Part shown: positions 41,832-51,175 of the stretch, piece after piece
Numbering within the stretch: the stretch's first letter is position 1
How the letters are laid out: each line of letters starts with the position of its first letter
Source of the DNA: a virus
DNA: 64,000 nt
Reading direction: 5' to 3' (one strand)
Virus record (IMG/VR): IMGVR_UViG_3300023184_009676
Span: 33,276-97,275 of that record
Position numbers and translations under genes: made by a program
The notes under the pieces: model-generated
Told to the model about the DNA's origin: nothing
Databases searched by the model: none
The model's input: only the letters and a program-made list of their open reading frames with translations

Positions 41832-42498
41832 TTTCTATTGTTTGGAATTTATTTCCATTTCCATACTTGCATGGACCGGCATAATGAATAAAATCGGAGT
41901 TATATCTATTATTCTGTTCGTCAAATTCTCCCAAATCCATTCTGTTGAAGCTATGAGATAAAGATTTAAATGGAATTTTGTTCTTGGCTACAGCAAAATT
42001 TAAAGCAGTTTGCTCTCCTCCGTCAATGCTAAAGCATTTTTGTGTAAATTGAATTTTTGAAATCAAAGAAAATAGATTAACATGAGGCTTTGAATATAAA
42101 ACGCACCCAGAATTAAAATACATTTTTCTGTTATCTATCAACGGCCATTCAAAATCTGGACTATAAGTATCAATCCAGGAGTCCCTTTTCATATGTTCTG
42201 CATTGCTGTTTTCATTGAATGCGTATAAATAATTTTCGTCTGGATACTCTTCAAATATATTTTTTGCAGAAGGGGTGACTAATACGTCTGCATCTAAACA
42301 TAATACTCTATCATATTCTTCCAAGAGTTCCAAACATTGAAGTTTTTCAAAATAGTGATTTATAAAATTATATTTTTGCCCATTGCACAAAAAGAAAGAC
42401 AATTGATATTTTTCTGCGTATTTTGCTATGGAATTTAAACAAAATTTATATCTGGAAGGATCTCCAAGAGCCAAGCTGAATATTGCTAATTTTTTCAT
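41806..42498 (-). CDS. GT-A fold glycosyltransferase (GT8/GT34-like)
   Basis: 'YDRVLCLDADVLV', 'YFNSG', 'EQTALN', 'FIHYAG'. Confidence 0.8.
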   Translation of the reverse strand: MKKLAIFSLALGDPSRYKFCLNSIAKYAEKYQLSFFLCNGQKYNFINHYFEKLQCLELLEEYDRVLCLDADVLVTPSAKNIFEEYPDENYLYAFNENSNAEHMKRDSWIDTYSPDFEWPLIDNRKMYFNSGCVLYSKPHVNLFSLISKIQFTQKCFSIDGGEQTALNFAVAKNKIPFKSLSHSFNRMDLGEFDEQNNRYNSDFIHYAGPCKYGNGNKFQTIENDYKELYG

Positions 42499-43486
42499 TA
42501 TTTATAACTTCTTTTATTATATATTCTGCGAGTAATTTCGGAGATAAATTCTCGCATTCTCTTTTGCATGATTGAGATAAATTTTCTCCACCAAAAGCTT
42601 CTAAAAAATATGATGGACATTTCTTTCTGCATTCTAAATGCAAATGACTTGGGAAAAATGAATTCCCAAGTTTAAAAAATTCTACTTTATTAATTAAACA
42701 CGCTTGAAACAAAACAATGGGCTTATTTCTTATATTAAATGCATGATGTACTCCGCCATCACTCATTATTCCATAATCCATATAATCTACATTCCTTATT
42801 AAATTAAAAATGTCTCCTGTGTCTGGGCAATGCTCGTCTCCAATTCCAAAATTTTCTTGAGAAAATTCAAATATTTTTATTCTAGGATTGGAATACTTTA
42901 ATGTTTTTACTAGCTCTTTCCATGATTCTAGCCCTTTCATACCATTAAATCTGAACCCTTTTCCATCGCAATAGGGGTGAGGCGTTGTTTTGCCTGAAAG
43001 TTTTGTGGTGGGAACAATTCCTACGTTAATAAAATTAGTATTATTTTCGTATTTTGGCACATTTATTTCTGATAAAAAGCTTTGTTTTTTATCAAAAAGT
43101 AAGTTTTCTAGCCCTAATTGAAGTAGGTAATTCAATGTGATTATATTTGCTGTTGGATGGTTTTCTAAAAGTTCTGCATTATCTTTCCAGAACGCAAACG
43201 TCTTTGGGTGCCAATCTGGATAAATTACCTTTATATTTTCTATTTTCTCATCTGAAAGGGCGTATTGATGATAATTAACGTATATTTCTTGCTGATTCGG
43301 TTCTCTAACCAAGTCTACGTTTTTATCCAATTTAAATATATCTATAAGAAATCCATAAGTGATTACTTCTAGGGTGCAATCTGGATATATTGATTTTAAA
43401 ATCTTGGGAACAAAAGTAAAAATTAAACTATCCCCAAGGTTTTTTGGGAATATCCATCTTGGAAAATATAATCGAATATTTTTCAT
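42446..43486 (-). CDS. GT9-like glycosyltransferase
   Basis: 'LGDSLIFT..PKILKSIYPD' and 'SDGGVHHA...KPIVLF'. Confidence 0.7.
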   Translation of the reverse strand: MKNIRLYFPRWIFPKNLGDSLIFTFVPKILKSIYPDCTLEVITYGFLIDIFKLDKNVDLVREPNQQEIYVNYHQYALSDEKIENIKVIYPDWHPKTFAFWKDNAELLENHPTANIITLNYLLQLGLENLLFDKKQSFLSEINVPKYENNTNFINVGIVPTTKLSGKTTPHPYCDGKGFRFNGMKGLESWKELVKTLKYSNPRIKIFEFSQENFGIGDEHCPDTGDIFNLIRNVDYMDYGIMSDGGVHHAFNIRNKPIVLFQACLINKVEFFKLGNSFFPSHLHLECRKKCPSYFLEAFGGENLSQSCKRECENLSPKLLAEYIIKEVINNEKISNIQLGSWRSFQI

Positions 43487-43489
43487 CTT

Positions 43490-44308
43490 TTATTTTATTA
43501 ACTCCTTTAGTCCATTTTTTATGTCTATTTTTTGGATAAAGCCTAATTCTTTTATCTTTTTGCAATCTAAGACCATGTCTTTCGCCTGTACTATTTTATG
43601 GAAGCTTGATGCCTCTAAAGGAGTAATTTTACTGGTGGAACCAGTTTCTTGTATTATAAAATCAATCATTTCTCTAAAGTTTTGTGGAATTCCGCTCCCT
43701 ATATTTATTATCTGATTGTGGTCTGAATTATTAATACATAAATTGATTGCATTACATACATCAGAGACATGCATATAATCTCTTACAAATTGTCCATCAT
43801 TATATAATTCTATATCTTCTTTATTTTTTATTTTTTTGACAAGATACTGTAACGCATTTTTTTGTTTAGATATTCCTTTGTCATTCTTACCGTAAACATT
43901 ACATAGTCGAAGTATTCTATATTTTATATTAAACGTTGCGCAGTAGCTTATAATTAAATCTTCTGCGCATTTTTTTGTTATACTATAAAAACCTTTTGGA
44001 TTACAGCAAAAATCTTCCTTCGCTGGTAAATCAACATTTCCATAAACAAACCAGCTGCTTATAAAATTAAAAGTAATATCTTTGTCTTTGCAGTGACTTA
44101 ATACTTTTAATAATTTAATTAAATTTGTATTTACATCTTTGTAGATATCATCAAATACATGATAATTATGAGTGGTGCTAATCATGTATAGCACATCTTT
44201 AAATAAGGGAATATCGCCTGCCCTGTTGTGTATATGGGTAGATTCAGGGTACAGATTATAATAATTGCTACCTATAAATCCTGTGCCGCCAAATAAGTCA
44301 ACTTTCAT
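43490..44308 (-). CDS. NAD-dependent epimerase/dehydratase (extended SDR)
   Basis: GGTGFIG, SSWFVYG, YSITK, LRLCNVYG, RDYMHVSD. Confidence 0.9.
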   Translation of the reverse strand: MKVDLFGGTGFIGSNYYNLYPESTHIHNRAGDIPLFKDVLYMISTTHNYHVFDDIYKDVNTNLIKLLKVLSHCKDKDITFNFISSWFVYGNVDLPAKEDFCCNPKGFYSITKKCAEDLIISYCATFNIKYRILRLCNVYGKNDKGISKQKNALQYLVKKIKNKEDIELYNDGQFVRDYMHVSDVCNAINLCINNSDHNQIINIGSGIPQNFREMIDFIIQETGSTSKITPLEASSFHKIVQAKDMVLDCKKIKELGFIQKIDIKNGLKELIK

Positions 44309-45599
44309 ATTTCGACAAAACTTCTTGAATATATTCTATATTTTCTTTTGATATTGTTGGGGAGCATCCGACAAAGAATACTAAATCCAGAACTTTATTC
44401 GATTCTGGATATTTTTGATAATCATCAAGGTGTTTATAGCCTTTATGCATTAGGAGATTGCCTGCAAAATAATTACGGGTCTGTATTCCATTTTTCTCCA
44501 AATAATTAACTAGATTGAGCTTTTGAGTCTTATTGTTGCAAATGATAGGTACTCCAAATGGAACCCAATCTGTATCACTCAAGCATTTTGGAAATCTTAT
44601 GTCTTTTACGTTATCTTTGAACACTTTCCATATTTCTAATAAATTATCTGCTCTTTTTTCACAAATAAATTCAAGTTTTTTTAATTGTTCAATTCCTATT
44701 GCTCCTTGCAAGTCTAAAGGTTTTAGATTGTATCCAATTCTATTGAATACATATTTATGGTCAATTATTGTGTCTGGAAAGTCACTTAGCCAGTTTGAAA
44801 ATCTTTTTCCACAAGAGCCATTGGCCAAAAGATTACATGTTCCTACGCACCAGCAATCTCTTCCCCAAGTTCCATAGCTTCTAGCTAATTGAACAAGTTC
44901 TTCCATATTAGAAGATACCATGCCTCCTTCAAGGGTAGTAATTTCGTGAGCTGGGTAAAAAGAACATGATGAAGCTACGGCATACTCATTTAAATATCTA
45001 CCTTTCCATTTTGAACCCAAAGAATCGCAGTTATCTAGCAAAAGACTAATATCTCTTGATTCACAGATATTTAATAAAACATCCATGTCGGGTGGATTAC
45101 CCAATACTGGGCTAAGAAATATTGCTTTTGTATTATCCGTAATCTTGTCTTTTATCTTGCTAAGGTCAAAATTTAATGTATCCCATTCAATATCTACAAA
45201 TACTGGCTTTAATCCATTTTGGACGATAGAAGATACTGTCGTTGGGAAGCCCACAGCGGAAACGATGATTTCGTCTCCGTCTTGCCATTTAAAATACTCC
45301 TTGCAAGCAGCAATTAAGAGTAGGTTTGCTGAACTTCCGCTATTAGTAAAAAAAGAAAATTTTTGATTTATTTTGTTGCTAAATTCCTTTTCAAATTGAG
45401 CGCAAGTTTCTCCGGAGCTTGACCATTTTCCAAATAATAGGGTTTCGATTGCTGCCGCCATTTCATTTTCATCAAAATAAGCTCCAGAATAATATACTTT
45501 ATTTTTTGGGGCATTTAGATTATGGCAAAACTTTGGAAGATTTCCATGCTCTTCTTGGAGTTTTAATATAAAATTTTTTATAATTTCTCTTTTGCTCAT
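44298..45599 (-). CDS. rfbH: NDP-4-keto-6-deoxyhexose 3-dehydratase (RfbH/DdhC, E1-like; DegT family)
   Basis: NSGSSANL; 'SFYPAHEITTLEGG' with His in place of the PLP Lys; Fe-S motif 'GRDCWC...CGKRF...DHKY'; YFAGNL. Confidence 0.88.
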   Translation of the reverse strand: MSKREIIKNFILKLQEEHGNLPKFCHNLNAPKNKVYYSGAYFDENEMAAAIETLLFGKWSSSGETCAQFEKEFSNKINQKFSFFTNSGSSANLLLIAACKEYFKWQDGDEIIVSAVGFPTTVSSIVQNGLKPVFVDIEWDTLNFDLSKIKDKITDNTKAIFLSPVLGNPPDMDVLLNICESRDISLLLDNCDSLGSKWKGRYLNEYAVASSCSFYPAHEITTLEGGMVSSNMEELVQLARSYGTWGRDCWCVGTCNLLANGSCGKRFSNWLSDFPDTIIDHKYVFNRIGYNLKPLDLQGAIGIEQLKKLEFICEKRADNLLEIWKVFKDNVKDIRFPKCLSDTDWVPFGVPIICNNKTQKLNLVNYLEKNGIQTRNYFAGNLLMHKGYKHLDDYQKYPESNKVLDLVFFVGCSPTISKENIEYIQEVLSKYES

Positions 45600-45602
45600 A
45601 GT

Positions 45603-46340
45603 CTATTGTGATTTTTGTTTGTCGAATCCAATTCTATCATGATTGGTAAGAAACTTTAAATATATTTTTTCTGCACCTTTGTTTATTTTTTCTGAATATT
45701 CTGGGCTTCTGTTTTCGTAGTCATAAGTATAATTGACTAAAAGCTTTGGAATATTATAAAATTCATAATGTTTCACCGCTCTGCTAAATAAATCATAATC
45801 TTCGCTGACGCAAGAATCGTCGTATCCTCCACATTTGGTTAATATTCTTTTATTAAAAATTAAAGATGGATGAGCCATTGGATTATTACCTATATGGTAA
45901 CTATGAAGAATTTGTTCGTGTGTTTCTGGATAAAAAACTTCTCTAATGCCATCTTTCGTATAGAAAAACATACCTGTTCCACAAACATCAATTTTATTTT
46001 CAATTACAAATGGGAATTGAATCTCTATCTTGTTTGGCAGCCATTCATCATCACAATCAAGAATAGAAAAATAATCGCAGTGATTAATTTTCATTGCCGC
46101 AAAAAGGCTGGTATTTCTTCCTGCAACCAATCCTTTTTCTGGACTTGTTGCGTAAATTATGTTTTCATATTTTGATATTACTTCCAAAAGATTATCTGTT
46201 GAAGCAAGGTCATTAACCACGACTATCTTGTAATTGAATATTCCTTTTTTAAAAACGGTTTGATTAACTACGGAATCGAGGGCTTTTTTTATTATTTTTG
46301 ATCCGTTTTTCACCGTCATTAATATTGCGATTGTTTCCAT
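45603..46340 (-). CDS. Glycosyltransferase family 2
   Basis: 'ILMTVKN', 'VVND', 'LDCDD', 'HPS', 'GGYD', 'EDYDL'. Confidence 0.88.
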   Translation of the reverse strand: METIAILMTVKNGSKIIKKALDSVVNQTVFKKGIFNYKIVVVNDLASTDNLLEVISKYENIIYATSPEKGLVAGRNTSLFAAMKINHCDYFSILDCDDEWLPNKIEIQFPFVIENKIDVCGTGMFFYTKDGIREVFYPETHEQILHSYHIGNNPMAHPSLIFNKRILTKCGGYDDSCVSEDYDLFSRAVKHYEFYNIPKLLVNYTYDYENRSPEYSEKINKGAEKIYLKFLTNHDRIGFDKQKSQ

Positions 46341-46350
46341 ATTTTTGCCA

Positions 46351-46896
46351 TTATTGTACTTTGACTATCCAAGAAGAGTCTCCAAATTGCTGATTTATTC
46401 CCCCCAGAGTATCTTTAATGGCGTTTTGAACAGTTTGCCAACCAATATCGTGTCCACCAATAAAGCCGCTTTTCTTTATTTTTGGAAGCCAATTATTAAT
46501 ATCGTCTTTTAAATCTTGATAAGCGTGAGAGCCATCTAAATATACAAAGTCTAAACTATTTTCTTCAAACTTTTCGGACGCTTCTTTACTTGTCATTTTC
46601 ATTTTGATGATTTTTGAAGAATCTTTTATGTTTTCATCAAAGAGGCTCTCCACTTCATTCATATTTCCTTTTTGAGAAGCTCCATCGTTTGGGTCGTAAA
46701 AATCTTTCCAGGGGTCAACAGCAAAAATTTTAATTATTTTATCGCTAGACTCCCACATTAACGTGGATTCACCATAATAACAACCCACTTCAACCATGGT
46801 AGATTCTGGATTTAATAAAGAGATAATGTCTTCAATACCAAGTGATCCCTCTGGTCTCATTCCTGTGTTTGGTAAAGTTTTACATATTTTTTTCAT
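46351..46896 (-). CDS. Class I SAM-dependent methyltransferase (Methyltransf_24-like)
   Basis: 'VEVGCYYGES', 'AVDPW', 'DFVYLDGSHAY', 'GGHD'. Confidence 0.88.
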   Translation of the reverse strand: MKKICKTLPNTGMRPEGSLGIEDIISLLNPESTMVEVGCYYGESTLMWESSDKIIKIFAVDPWKDFYDPNDGASQKGNMNEVESLFDENIKDSSKIIKMKMTSKEASEKFEENSLDFVYLDGSHAYQDLKDDINNWLPKIKKSGFIGGHDIGWQTVQNAIKDTLGGINQQFGDSSWIVKVQ

Positions 46897-46899
46897 ATT

Positions 46900-47742
46900 T
46901 TATTCGGTTATTGTATTCCAAAAGTCAAAAGATGAGCTATTGCATTTATTTATAAAGTCATTCATTCCCAGTCTTTTCATTTCGTGGATACATCCTATTT
47001 TATCATTAATCATCATTTCCATTCCTGATAAAGCTGCCTCTCCTGCGGCTCTACAAAAAGGTTCATCTATTCTAGGGAAATATATAAAAGTTTTATATTT
47101 ATTATATAGTTCGGGCATCTTTTCGTGAGATACTTTTCCAAGGAATTCTATATTTGGAATGCTTGTGGCTAAATGTTCAAAAATCTTTTCTCCCCATCCA
47201 GCGACGACAAATTGTATTTGCGGATTATCTATAGCGTATCTAAAAAAGTCAAAAGTGCCTTTGAATTCGTGCATGAATCCGACGTAAAGGACTTTATCTT
47301 CCCTATTATTCTTATTATCAAAAAAGATAGATGAATCTATTGGGTCTGGAACTATTCTAACATTAATAAAATAATCTCCGTAATGATTTTTAAATAAATT
47401 ATAATGATATTCAGTTAGGAAGAATGCATTTTTACAGCTTGTGTAAAGCTGATGTCTTTTAGACTGAGAAAGATATCTATTCATATCATGCTCGATTCTT
47501 GAATGAGCTTTTGCAGAAGATAAATAATCAATTATAAATGGATATTTCTGGTTTAAAAATTCAAGATTTGCAGAAATCACATGGTCGTAAGAGTTTTTAA
47601 GCGATTCTGGGTCTGAATCACAAGTAAAATGAGTTATATTTAAACCCATCTGCCTTCCCTTTTTAATAATAATCTCATCGCTTCTTTGAGCGCCTCCAGG
47701 ACTATGCAAAATTGAAAAATCAGAAATCCAAAGAATGTTCAT
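46900..47742 (-). CDS. GT4-like glycosyltransferase
   Basis: 'PGGAQRS', 'LYVG...KG', 'EPFCRAAGEAALSG'. Confidence 0.82.
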   Translation of the reverse strand: MNILWISDFSILHSPGGAQRSDEIIIKKGRQMGLNITHFTCDSDPESLKNSYDHVISANLEFLNQKYPFIIDYLSSAKAHSRIEHDMNRYLSQSKRHQLYTSCKNAFFLTEYHYNLFKNHYGDYFINVRIVPDPIDSSIFFDNKNNREDKVLYVGFMHEFKGTFDFFRYAIDNPQIQFVVAGWGEKIFEHLATSIPNIEFLGKVSHEKMPELYNKYKTFIYFPRIDEPFCRAAGEAALSGMEMMINDKIGCIHEMKRLGMNDFINKCNSSSFDFWNTITE

Positions 47743-47751
47743 ATACTGTAA

Positions 47752-48597
47752 TTATCTATTCCATATAGCGGAATATTCTCTAGTTAGACCAGAGTCTTTG
47801 TCTATATATTCAAATTTAAATTCTATTTGGGGTATTGTTGTGAACCTGGCCTCTCTTAACTTGCTGAATAAGTCTTTTAAAGAGACTGTTTTGGGTATAT
47901 TTACGTCTGCCACTTGCTCTCTGTTCGCTGAATAACCTATTACCTTTTTTATATAGATGTGAGACTTTGCCTGTTTTAGAAGATTGGATAGTTGAGAAAA
48001 GAATGGGTCGTTTTTGCTATTAGAATAAGATGCGGGAGTAGAGAATCTAATAGAGTTAAAAGCAACCTCTCCATTAAATTTATCTAAACCAAAATTAAAA
48101 ACATCATCGCATTCAAATTTATTACCTTCTTCATCCAAGAAGTATCCATAAAAAGTAAATATTTCTTCGTTTGTTTTTATATCTTTGGAGGCAGAGAAGA
48201 CAAATGTTTTTTCTTTTATTGTCCATTCTGCGTTATTGCCACTATTTGATGTATTATATATTGGACCAAATCCCAATGGCAAAACAGTATATACTATTTC
48301 TTCTCCGACTGGTTGATGCTTTGGCATCCATTTAAAATAATATTCCTCTGCGTCTTTAAATCCAAGATTTTTGGACAAATTTTCTATATGCTTTTGCCTA
48401 GGATGAATTATTTTTTCTTGTTTTAAATGATTAAATATTCCTTTGGCAGTAAGAATAAAATCGGGTAATATTACAAACGGGCACTCCTCTAAGACTTCTC
48501 CTTTAGAGATTGGTGCATTGGCAAATACTCCAAATCCTTCTACTGGAGAGTTTCTTACTTCTATTTTAGATGAGAAAGTCAGTCTGTTTTTTTGCAT
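47752..48597 (-). CDS. SET-domain protein (putative lysine methyltransferase)
   Basis: 'SPVEGFGVFA..I.KGEVLEEC', 'LGFGPIYNTS', 'ASKDIKTNEEIFTFYG'. Confidence 0.85.
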   Translation of the reverse strand: MQKNRLTFSSKIEVRNSPVEGFGVFANAPISKGEVLEECPFVILPDFILTAKGIFNHLKQEKIIHPRQKHIENLSKNLGFKDAEEYYFKWMPKHQPVGEEIVYTVLPLGFGPIYNTSNSGNNAEWTIKEKTFVFSASKDIKTNEEIFTFYGYFLDEEGNKFECDDVFNFGLDKFNGEVAFNSIRFSTPASYSNSKNDPFFSQLSNLLKQAKSHIYIKKVIGYSANREQVADVNIPKTVSLKDLFSKLREARFTTIPQIEFKFEYIDKDSGLTREYSAIWNR

Positions 48598-48925
48598 GGG
48601 GATGTTTCTTTCCAGTTTTTTGTTCGTATTTTAACTCTGCACTTCTGCGCATTTCGTCTTGTCCAGAATTGCCACCTCTTTTTTCAGAAAGCTCTGCGCT
48701 TTTATCCCATAATTGACCTAAAGAATAATTTTTGTGTCTTGTTTTTCTTACAAAGTCTTTTGGATCATTTAGGCTTAGTTGTGTGTCTATTGAAGCCTGC
48801 GGCTTGCAAAACTCTCTTTGCCATTTAACTCCTTTTTCATCTACGTAGACGTGTTCTTCGCTCATAGCCTGAACGATTTCTATGATTTTTCCATTTTCTG
48901 GATGAGAGAATGTATAAATAGGCAT
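48566..48925 (-). CDS. FmdB-like small protein (Cys-less variant)
   Basis: 'MPIYTF...IEIVQAMSE' N-terminus typical of the FmdB-like family. Confidence 0.5.
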   Translation of the reverse strand: MPIYTFSHPENGKIIEIVQAMSEEHVYVDEKGVKWQREFCKPQASIDTQLSLNDPKDFVRKTRHKNYSLGQLWDKSAELSEKRGGNSGQDEMRRSAELKYEQKTGKKHPHAKKQTDFLI

Positions 48926-48928
48926 AAT

Positions 48929-49624
48929 TTAAAGATTTATATCAAAATTATCTGAAATTGGAACACGAGAAGCAATAAACAAAGTTCTTGATTTTTCTTT
49001 TATTGGGATGGAAAAACAATTTACAAATCCCTTTACCCCCATAACTTTTTTGAATTCAATAAATTCTTCTTCATCGCAAGAGACTTCACCGCAAATAGAT
49101 TTAACATTCTTTTCTATGAGATTTGAATTGGTAAGGATTTCTCTTTCTGCATATCCTATATTTATCTTCATTACGTCAATCTCTTCTCCATAGCAATACT
49201 CAGTTAAAATTGTATCTAAGCTATGGCACTGACATGGGTAATAATTTTCCTGCTCTTCCTTAATCAATCCGACTGAAGATAAATCAAAATAAATATTATC
49301 AACGAATTCTGGGGTGGAGAATTTACCAATTATTGATTCGGTATATATCCCCAATTGAAAAGGAGTAACTCTTCCAACAAAGTCTAGCTTGTAAGAATTT
49401 TGAAGTAACGACTTAAAATTATCTAAAAATGGTTCTAGAGCATATACCTTTCTTGCACCTAGGGTAAGCGCAGTAAAAGAGAAAAAACCAGCGTGCGCAC
49501 CAATATCCAAGAATATTTTGGAATTGTCTTTGTTTGCTTTTAATTTATAATAATTATTAAAAAAGACATTATCAAAAATACCTTGGTCATTAGTGAAACT
49601 TCTAGTTATGATTTCTGGGGTCAT
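48929..49624 (-). CDS. FkbM-family methyltransferase
   Basis: 'FLDIGAHAGFFS', 'VYALEP', 'IDVMKINIGYAE'. Confidence 0.85.
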   Translation of the reverse strand: MTPEIITRSFTNDQGIFDNVFFNNYYKLKANKDNSKIFLDIGAHAGFFSFTALTLGARKVYALEPFLDNFKSLLQNSYKLDFVGRVTPFQLGIYTESIIGKFSTPEFVDNIYFDLSSVGLIKEEQENYYPCQCHSLDTILTEYCYGEEIDVMKINIGYAEREILTNSNLIEKNVKSICGEVSCDEEEFIEFKKVMGVKGFVNCFSIPIKEKSRTLFIASRVPISDNFDINL

Positions 49625-49626
49625 AT

Positions 49627-50721
49627 TTATGATACCGATACAATAACATTTTCAACGAACTTTTCTTTAGAAAAAGTCAATTGTAGAGACTTTCCAGCCT
49701 CGTTCTGTCTATTAGATAACGCTTTTTGACAAGTTAATTCACAAGCAGAGATAAACTCTTCTTCGTTGAAGTCGTATATGTTTCCTTGATTGAATGGTTG
49801 TCCCTTTTGAAAAAAGACTCCATCATAAGCTGGTATTTTACCAGAAGGATTTACCCAAGTGACCATATCATTTGTTGCCCAGTCTTTGTAGGTATGGGCA
49901 TTTAGCAATATAGCATGTTTGCCTATGGCAACGCTTTGAAACTCTGGGAGAGCCCATCCTTCTCCACCAGAAAGGCCAAGCACGATATCTCCGCTATTAA
50001 GAAAATCATTATACATTGAATTTTCATTCATTGGAGGGTAAAAGCTTACATTAAAAGGCTTTTCTCCGCCAAGAATTCCACCAATAATCTGCTGGTTCTG
50101 CTGCTCAGAAAGGAATCCATTATAAATTGCGCATTGGAGGGAGTAATTTGGTTTATTTCCAAACTTCTTTATCCAAGATTGGATGACTTTGGCATGGTTC
50201 TTTCTTTTTTCAAACTTTCCACAAAGATTAAAAACGACCCTTTCGTCATTAAAAAATTTCTTCTTAGCAGAGAAAAAGTTAAAAGAATCAAAAGCCAATG
50301 GCAAATATCCTGTTTCAACTCCTGCTTTTTTAAATATCTCACAACTGTACTTGGACGAAAAGTATGTTTTATTATTCTTTGCGATATTAAGCTCTACATT
50401 AGTTGGTTCGTCCAATTCATGGAAAGATAATAGGCTTTGATTTTTAGAAAATGATTCTAGTGAGCCATTTAAATGCCAAAGTTTAAAAATTGGGATATCT
50501 CTAGTATAGTTTTCAAGACCATTAACGATTTTAGAATTAACCCAGTCACTAAATTCTTTTGTAACAGTTTGACTAGATAAATCTACTTGGCCAATAGGAA
50601 ATAAATAAATATCATGTTTTACCCCCGTAGACTTTTCTTGTTCAAAAATAGTACGGAGCAAAAGAGACGACACTTGACCAAAGCTAACTCTATTGAGTGG
50701 TAAATTTAATGCTAATTTCAT
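49627..50721 (-). CDS. GT4-like glycosyltransferase
   Basis: 'GKFEKRKN', 'SGGEGWALPEFQS'. Confidence 0.8.
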   Translation of the reverse strand: MKLALNLPLNRVSFGQVSSLLLRTIFEQEKSTGVKHDIYLFPIGQVDLSSQTVTKEFSDWVNSKIVNGLENYTRDIPIFKLWHLNGSLESFSKNQSLLSFHELDEPTNVELNIAKNNKTYFSSKYSCEIFKKAGVETGYLPLAFDSFNFFSAKKKFFNDERVVFNLCGKFEKRKNHAKVIQSWIKKFGNKPNYSLQCAIYNGFLSEQQNQQIIGGILGGEKPFNVSFYPPMNENSMYNDFLNSGDIVLGLSGGEGWALPEFQSVAIGKHAILLNAHTYKDWATNDMVTWVNPSGKIPAYDGVFFQKGQPFNQGNIYDFNEEEFISACELTCQKALSNRQNEAGKSLQLTFSKEKFVENVIVSVS

Positions 50722-50730
50722 ATTTAATTA

Positions 50731-50758
50731 AAAAAGGGAGGAGCTTTTGCTCCTCCCC
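50731..50758 (-). terminator. Rho-independent terminator
   Basis: Minus strand GGGAGGAGC-AAAA-GCTCCTCCC followed by TTTTTT, just after the 50769 stop. Confidence 0.85.
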
Positions 50759-50768
50759 TATATTGGGA

Positions 50769-51089
50769 TTAGATGAGTTCTTCTGCATCTTCTTGCTGAA
50801 GTGGTGCTGGAGCAGTCTTTACTACCTTTTTAATAGCCGCTGGAGCAGCTGCGGCAGAAGCTACAGGGCTATTTGCACTGGGTCTGGGCTTAGACAAGTA
50901 CATTCTCAAATCAGGATGGTTGTCAGCCTTCTTAAATTTATTAGAGAAAATGACGACCTGAATATCCTCATTGCCCTCGGGGAGTGCTGAACGCTTGATT
51001 GTGCCAGACAAGAACTTCTGTCCCTTGCCTTCCTTCTTCCACAATGCGCCAAGCTCAATTTGATCCGACTTAGTATTAGTTTGTTCCAT
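50769..51089 (-). CDS. DUF736-like, putative ssDNA-binding protein
   Basis: 'LGALWKK..KFLSG.I...IFSN..K.DNHPDLRMY' core, Pro/Ala linker, acidic tail EDAEELI. Confidence 0.55.
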   Translation of the reverse strand: MEQTNTKSDQIELGALWKKEGKGQKFLSGTIKRSALPEGNEDIQVVIFSNKFKKADNHPDLRMYLSKPRPSANSPVASAAAAPAAIKKVVKTAPAPLQQEDAEELI

Positions 51090-51139
51090 ATATTTAGTTA
51101 GTTTTATAGTTAAAGCTTATTTTTTAAGCTAGTAAAATT

Positions 51140-51168
51140 ATTGTATTGTATAGTTCTGATAAAGTCAA
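51140..51168 (-). promoter_or_regulatory. Strong sigma70-like promoter
   Basis: TTGACT-N17-TACAAT. Confidence 0.7.
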
Positions 51169-51175
51169 GTTATTT

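Noticed and set aside
36235-50721. Bacterial chromosomal O-antigen locus
   Set aside because: No wzx/wzy/ABC exporter or initiating transferase; embedded among phage replication, dNMP kinase and virion genes.
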